Shown in pieces: positions 63,450-64,000 of a DNA stretch of 64,000 nucleotides. How positions within the stretch are numbered: the stretch's first letter is position 1; each line of letters begins with the position of its first letter. The notes under the pieces were generated by a model. It saw nothing but the letters and a program-made list of their open reading frames with translations, did no database searches and was not told the origin of the DNA. Where the stretch lies: NCBI GenBank assembly GCA_046537975.1, contig JBKHJR010000001.1, positions 688 to 64,687 on the forward strand, in the 5' to 3' direction. The translations under genes and the position numbers were made by a program. This stretch comes from Desulfurivibrionaceae bacterium (GTDB lineage Bacteria; Desulfobacterota; Desulfobulbia; Desulfobulbales; SURF-16).

Positions 63450-64000
63450 ATTTTCATCAGAGTTCCGGAGTTTATCAGGCTAAAGCCCAGACTGGCTTTT
63501 TTCGCCCTTGCTGCCACCGCTACCTCGGGCTTCGGTCAGACCTTTTTCGTCTCCGTGGTAGGTGGAGAGATCAGGGAGGCCTTTGAGCTATCTAATACTT
63601 CTTACGGAGGGATTTATAGCACCGCCACCATCCTGAGTGCCTTTTTGCTGTTCCGTTTCGGCAGACTGGCAGACACCTGGCCCCTGGCCCGGATTACCAG
63701 CCTGGCTGTAGCAATCCTGGCACTGGGCTGTTTTTTAGTGGGTTCGGCCCCAGGGGTCTTGGTCCTGGGGTTGGGATTTATCCTGATCCGTTTCGGGGGT
63801 CAGGGATTAATCTCCCACCTGGGAATTACCACTGCCGCCCGATACTTTACGGCGCATCGGGGAAAGGCGGTGGCCCTGGCGGCCGCCGGGATTCCCCTGG
63901 CCGAAGCGGTGCTGCCCCCGAGTGCGGTCCTGCTGATCGAGCCCCTGGGCTGGAGGGCACCCTGGCTGGCCGGATCAGGCGCTCTGGTGATCCTGATTCT
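63450..64000 (+). CDS. MFS transporter, N-terminal part (runs off the window end); apparent non-canonical ATT start
   Basis: My translation of the frame open from 63438 to the window end reads ...IFIRVPEFIRLKPRLAFFALAATATSGFGQTFFVSVVGGEIREAF...GRLADTWPL...IRFGGQG...RGKAVALAAAGIPLAEAV, which is the MFS TM1-TM4 pattern. There is no ATG/GTG/TTG between the in-frame TAA (63435) and TM1. AAGGGAGG ends 6 nt before ATT at 63450. Confidence 0.7.
   Translation, partial: MFIRVPEFIRLKPRLAFFALAATATSGFGQTFFVSVVGGEIREAFELSNTSYGGIYSTATILSAFLLFRFGRLADTWPLARITSLAVAILALGCFLVGSAPGVLVLGLGFILIRFGGQGLISHLGITTAARYFTAHRGKAVALAAAGIPLAEAVLPPSAVLLIEPLGWRAPWLAGSGALVILI

Noticed and set aside
63386-63586. 66-aa ATG-initiated ORF overlapping the start of the MFS gene
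   Set aside because: Its translation (..GFFRPCCHRYLGLRSDLFRLRGRWRDQGGL) is the out-of-frame reading of the MFS TM1 region. The MFS frame gives a proper membrane-protein N-terminus behind a strong SD. I kept it only as the alternative (frameshift) explanation in the ATT-start finding.
1-64000. Searched by eye for integrases, transposases, IS inverted repeats, prophage genes, reverse transcriptases, cas genes, toxin-antitoxin pairs and rRNA/tRNA genes
   Set aside because: None of the translated ORFs show the corresponding hallmark motifs (for example the tyrosine recombinase R..H..R..Y, DDE, or YxDD). No cloverleaf-compatible sequences were seen apart from the tmRNA tRNA-like domain.

Overview
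This 64 kb window looks like chromosomal DNA from a sulfur-metabolising deltaproteobacterium (Desulfobacterota-like). The pointers are a canonical DsrC with both C-terminal cysteines, a 218-aa siroheme-type small sulfite reductase, and a tmRNA tag ADDYAYAVAA. All family calls rest on motif recognition in the supplied translations and my own reading of the DNA; no searches were run.

About two thirds is densely packed housekeeping:
- clpS-clpA, panE, a Crp/Fnr regulator, ettA, birA, acyP and dsrC.
- A long minus-strand run: purL, a YhaM-like HD protein, holB-ricT-metG, yggT-divIVA-yggU, mutS and an AmiC-like amidase.
- smpB followed by ssrA (tmRNA).

The accessory-looking parts are:
1. The block immediately 3' of ssrA. 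It holds a translationally coupled triad (retropepsin-like protease, inactive-transglutaminase 7TM protein, RimK-like ATP-grasp ligase). This is followed by a visibly AT-rich type II restriction-modification islet whose methyltransferase carries a degenerate SNase-like C-terminal domain.
2. A copA-copB-HEAT copper module.
3. A nine-gene, fully translationally coupled Mrp/Mbh-type membrane module. It has Mbh-like gene order, three antiporter-like subunits and no catalytic module, and is preceded by an overlapping PEBP/YbhB gene.
4. A co-directional MazG-like / SatD-like / DUF3307 / alkaline-phosphatase-family cluster.

I found no rRNA, tRNA, CRISPR array, transposase, integrase or prophage genes. 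Several long ORFs in the track are antisense shadows of real genes in GC-rich frames and were rejected.
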